Shown here piece after piece: positions 60,945 through 64,000 of a DNA stretch of 64,000 bases. The notes under the pieces are model-generated. The model saw nothing but the letters and a program-made list of their open reading frames with translations, was not told the origin of the DNA and made no database searches. Within the stretch, counting starts at the first letter, position 1, and each line of letters starts with the position of its first letter. The translations under genes and the position numbers were made by a program. The stretch is from Geosiphon pyriformis uo1 (Eukaryota > Fungi > Glomeromycota): assembly GCA_016748015.1 (NCBI GenBank), contig JAAOMT010000523.1:525757-589756 (forward strand). Direction: 5' to 3'.

Positions 60945-63900
60945 TGTTACCAGTAAAATTTTAGCTATTAATTAGCATGAAATTATCTTTATAATTCCTA
61001 TTATTAATTAACATATTAATATCAATTCAAATTATCACTTATTATTTAATCAATTTATCACATATCACGATTTAATTAATAATCCAATTAGTACAACAGA
61101 AAGTAAGATGATTAAATTATACAATATTCTGAACTTTGTAGCATTCTAAAATTTGCCGAAATTTACAAAAATTCGCCGAAATTTATAGAAATTCACCGAA
61201 ATTATGAATAGTTCACCCAAATTAATCAATAGTTCAGCAAAATAACTTGTAGTCCATCAAAATGTATCTTTAATTTGCCAAAATTTGAGCAAAAAGAAAA
61301 AGTGCAAGTTCATAGACTAGTATTACAACAAGTTGTATAAAAAAAGAGCTTTTCTTTTCAAGAAAGTGTATCTTACTTTAGATTTATTACTTAGAACCAT
61401 TTCTACACACACAAAAAGAAATAAATATCAAATAATTTGAAAAACCAAATTCTTAATTATTGCACTTGAAAAATCCCCAAAACCTAACTAATATTTTGAA
61501 ATTGATTAGCTACCAATTTCAGTAAATTGTTAGTGACTCCAGATCTGGATAGAAAACGTTTTCTCTGACACAATTCTATTTTTTTTACATTTCTTTTATT
61601 TTTTTTTTATTTTTTTATTACAATCATTAGGGTAGCCTACAGACAAGATTCCTGTAGAAGAGTTGACTTTCACAGCAAAGTAACTACACATTTTAGTGAG
61701 CTTCCAGACAAGCAATTCCTGGGAAAGAGTTGACAGTTACTACAATGTAACTATACAAAATAACTAGCATGAAATTGGCCATTCCACTTAGAAGCCCAGC
61801 AGTTCAAATTATAGGAGATAATTTGAAGATAAATTCAGTTACTGGAGGTCCAACTACTTCTAGAAAACGTGAATTTACAACAAACAGACATTAACAACAT
61901 TTAAAAAAAGAGACCAAAAATCTCCGGTAACATTTGGTGCTCTTCTACAGAAATAACACAGCAACAACAAACTTCAAAGTAGTGACCACACCAGACACAA
62001 CAACTCTAGAATATTATCAGTCAATTTACACCCATTGCAAGCAGAGATTCAACATCCCAGACGGAATTGAAATTGTTGAAAGAACACTCTACCAATACAT
62101 TGAAAACTGTATTAACAATTATCTTCTTGGAAATTACAACATTTCAGAAGTTAGAAGCAATCTTTACAATAATCTAGTGCACTATTCACAATTGAGAACT
62201 GAAGATCTTAACAGTGAAACACTTGCCACCTACTTTCAAGAACTCAATTACAACATTATCAAGTATTGTGAAGAAAAATACCCAGTACAGTCTAAATACT
62301 CTCTTGACTTTGAATCAGAAACAGAAACAAGCAACAAAAGCAAACAAAAAGTGAAACAACACTCAAAAACCACTTCAAACACTCCAATACTACCAAAGAC
62401 AACTGCCAAACACTTGCAAACACCTGAACAAGGAACCAGTGTCAAATTACCACTTTTTATCACATCATTTCCAATTTCACTTGCTCGACCACAAACACCA
62501 AATTCACCACTTAACTGTTTCTCCAGACCAGAAGATTTTCAGTCACCTAGAAATCCTACTCAACAGCAGAAACCCATATCAACAAGCACCAATATTATTG
62601 AATACTTGCAGGAAAATGAAAGTGATCATTCAGAATATTTGGAAAGTGAAAAAACTGAATCAGAACAAGAAAAAGCTACAGAAAACAAAGAGAAAATAGC
62701 AACTGCTTTCATTGCAAAAATTTCAGAATTCACAGGTAAAGATAGTCATACCAGTCCTCAAGAATGGCTTGACAAAATTCAAAAAACAGAAGATGCAAAT
62801 GGTTGAAATGCAGCAAGAATGCTCAAAACAATTTCATACTTTCTCTAAGGAACTGCAAAAAAATAGTTTGAAAACTTAGAAGAACTATTTAAAAACTGGC
62901 AAGCATTCAAAGATGCTTTTCTATAACAATTCACCAACAACAACACCTCTATCACTCTCAGAAACCGCTTTCGCAATATCAAGCAAGAAACATTTAAAAC
63001 TGTTATGACCTATCTTGGAAGATTCAACAAACTTTTCAAATGAATTCAACAATTGGAAACCAATGACTACTATTCTGATGCTCAAATTCTGGATCAGTTT
63101 ATAGCAGAGTTAAAAGACAAACTAATTAAAAAAGTCCACTCACATGCTCCAGCAGACTTAGCAACTGCCATTAGATATGCAAAGAATTATGAAATGGCAA
63201 TAGAAGAAGCAAATCACAGCAAGCTTGTAAACTTTGCAATTAGAGAAACCAGTTCAGCAGCTAAGAAAAAAATAGACCAACTCATAAAGAAGATTGAAAG
63301 CTATTTTACAAACCAACAACAACTGCAGCAACAACCACAAAAATATCAACCATCACAGTGATGCAACCAAAACAACTTTGGACCACCATCCAACAACCAA
63401 CTTCAAAATTGTCACTATTGTGAAATTCCAGGACACTGGAAACGAAATTGCAGGAAACTACAAAGAGACCAACAAAACAGGAGTAATCAATATTACTCTT
63501 TACCACAACAATCTTATTACCAACTTCCACTACCAACTTATTATTCACCAAGACCACAAATTCAAAACAGCTATTATCAACCAGCTTCACAACCAATTCA
63601 ACAACAATATCAGCAATCTTTACCAATTCAGCAATTTCAGACACCACCCACTCAACAATATCAAGTACCAGCCAGAAGATTGGTTCAATATAACCAATTC
63701 ATATCTCAAAATTAATTCAGTAATAATAACACCAGAATCAACCCAAACAACCAGTTGATTTTTCGAAATTCTGGTCAGCAAAGACCAAACTACTTTCACA
63801 CACAACCTAGTTATTTAATAATACCAGAAGAATCGGATTTTCAACAAACTGCACTTTCTGAAAGTAGAGATACAGCACCAAAATCAAATCTTTCCAACCA

Positions 63901-64000
63901 CACTATTCCACCAGCTCAAATTGCCCAAAATGCCAATTTGTCAGATATATTTTCATTTGAATTTGAGACAAATGAATCACCATTCTTGCTGAGTAATGCA
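60945..64000 (+). mobile_element. Family A element, 5' part: LTR 60945-61932, PBS, gag; continues beyond the window
   Basis: TGTTACCAG...CCGGTAACA termini; TTTGGTGCTC; 290-aa gag ORF; CCHC knuckle ~63410. Confidence 0.92.

Overview
Very AT-rich eukaryotic repeat region with no clear host gene except a partial ORF at 14-316. The retroelement proteins resemble those I recall from Glomeromycotina fungi such as Geosiphon; this is inference and was not checked. Positions 373-2200 are a decayed pogo/Tigger-type DNA transposon, and ~5450-10521 is a decayed non-LTR (RT + RNase H) element. From ~5950 to the end there is a nested stack of Ty3/Gypsy-type LTR retrotransposons from four related families, called A, B, C and D here by LTR sequence. 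Two span LTR to LTR (B: 24409-34477; A: 48457-58368). All are inactivated mainly by C>T/G>A transitions. Comparing the families shows an unusual shared architecture, reminiscent of complex retroviruses. (1) ORF1 is one reading frame, Gag-protease-Cys-rich domain-dUTPase-dUTPase-like domain-RT-RNase H, and appears to start at a conserved GTG. (2) Integrase is a separate ORF after a conserved stop codon. (3) A conserved, non-Env third ORF lies before the PPT, with a TATA-like element upstream in families B and C. (4) The LTRs carry family-specific U3 repeats and covarying RNA-structure modules: a TGATCA palindrome hairpin, a duplicated AGC/AAGA helix-junction motif, and an anti-PBS stem. All comparisons were done by eye, so coordinates of decayed boundaries are approximate.
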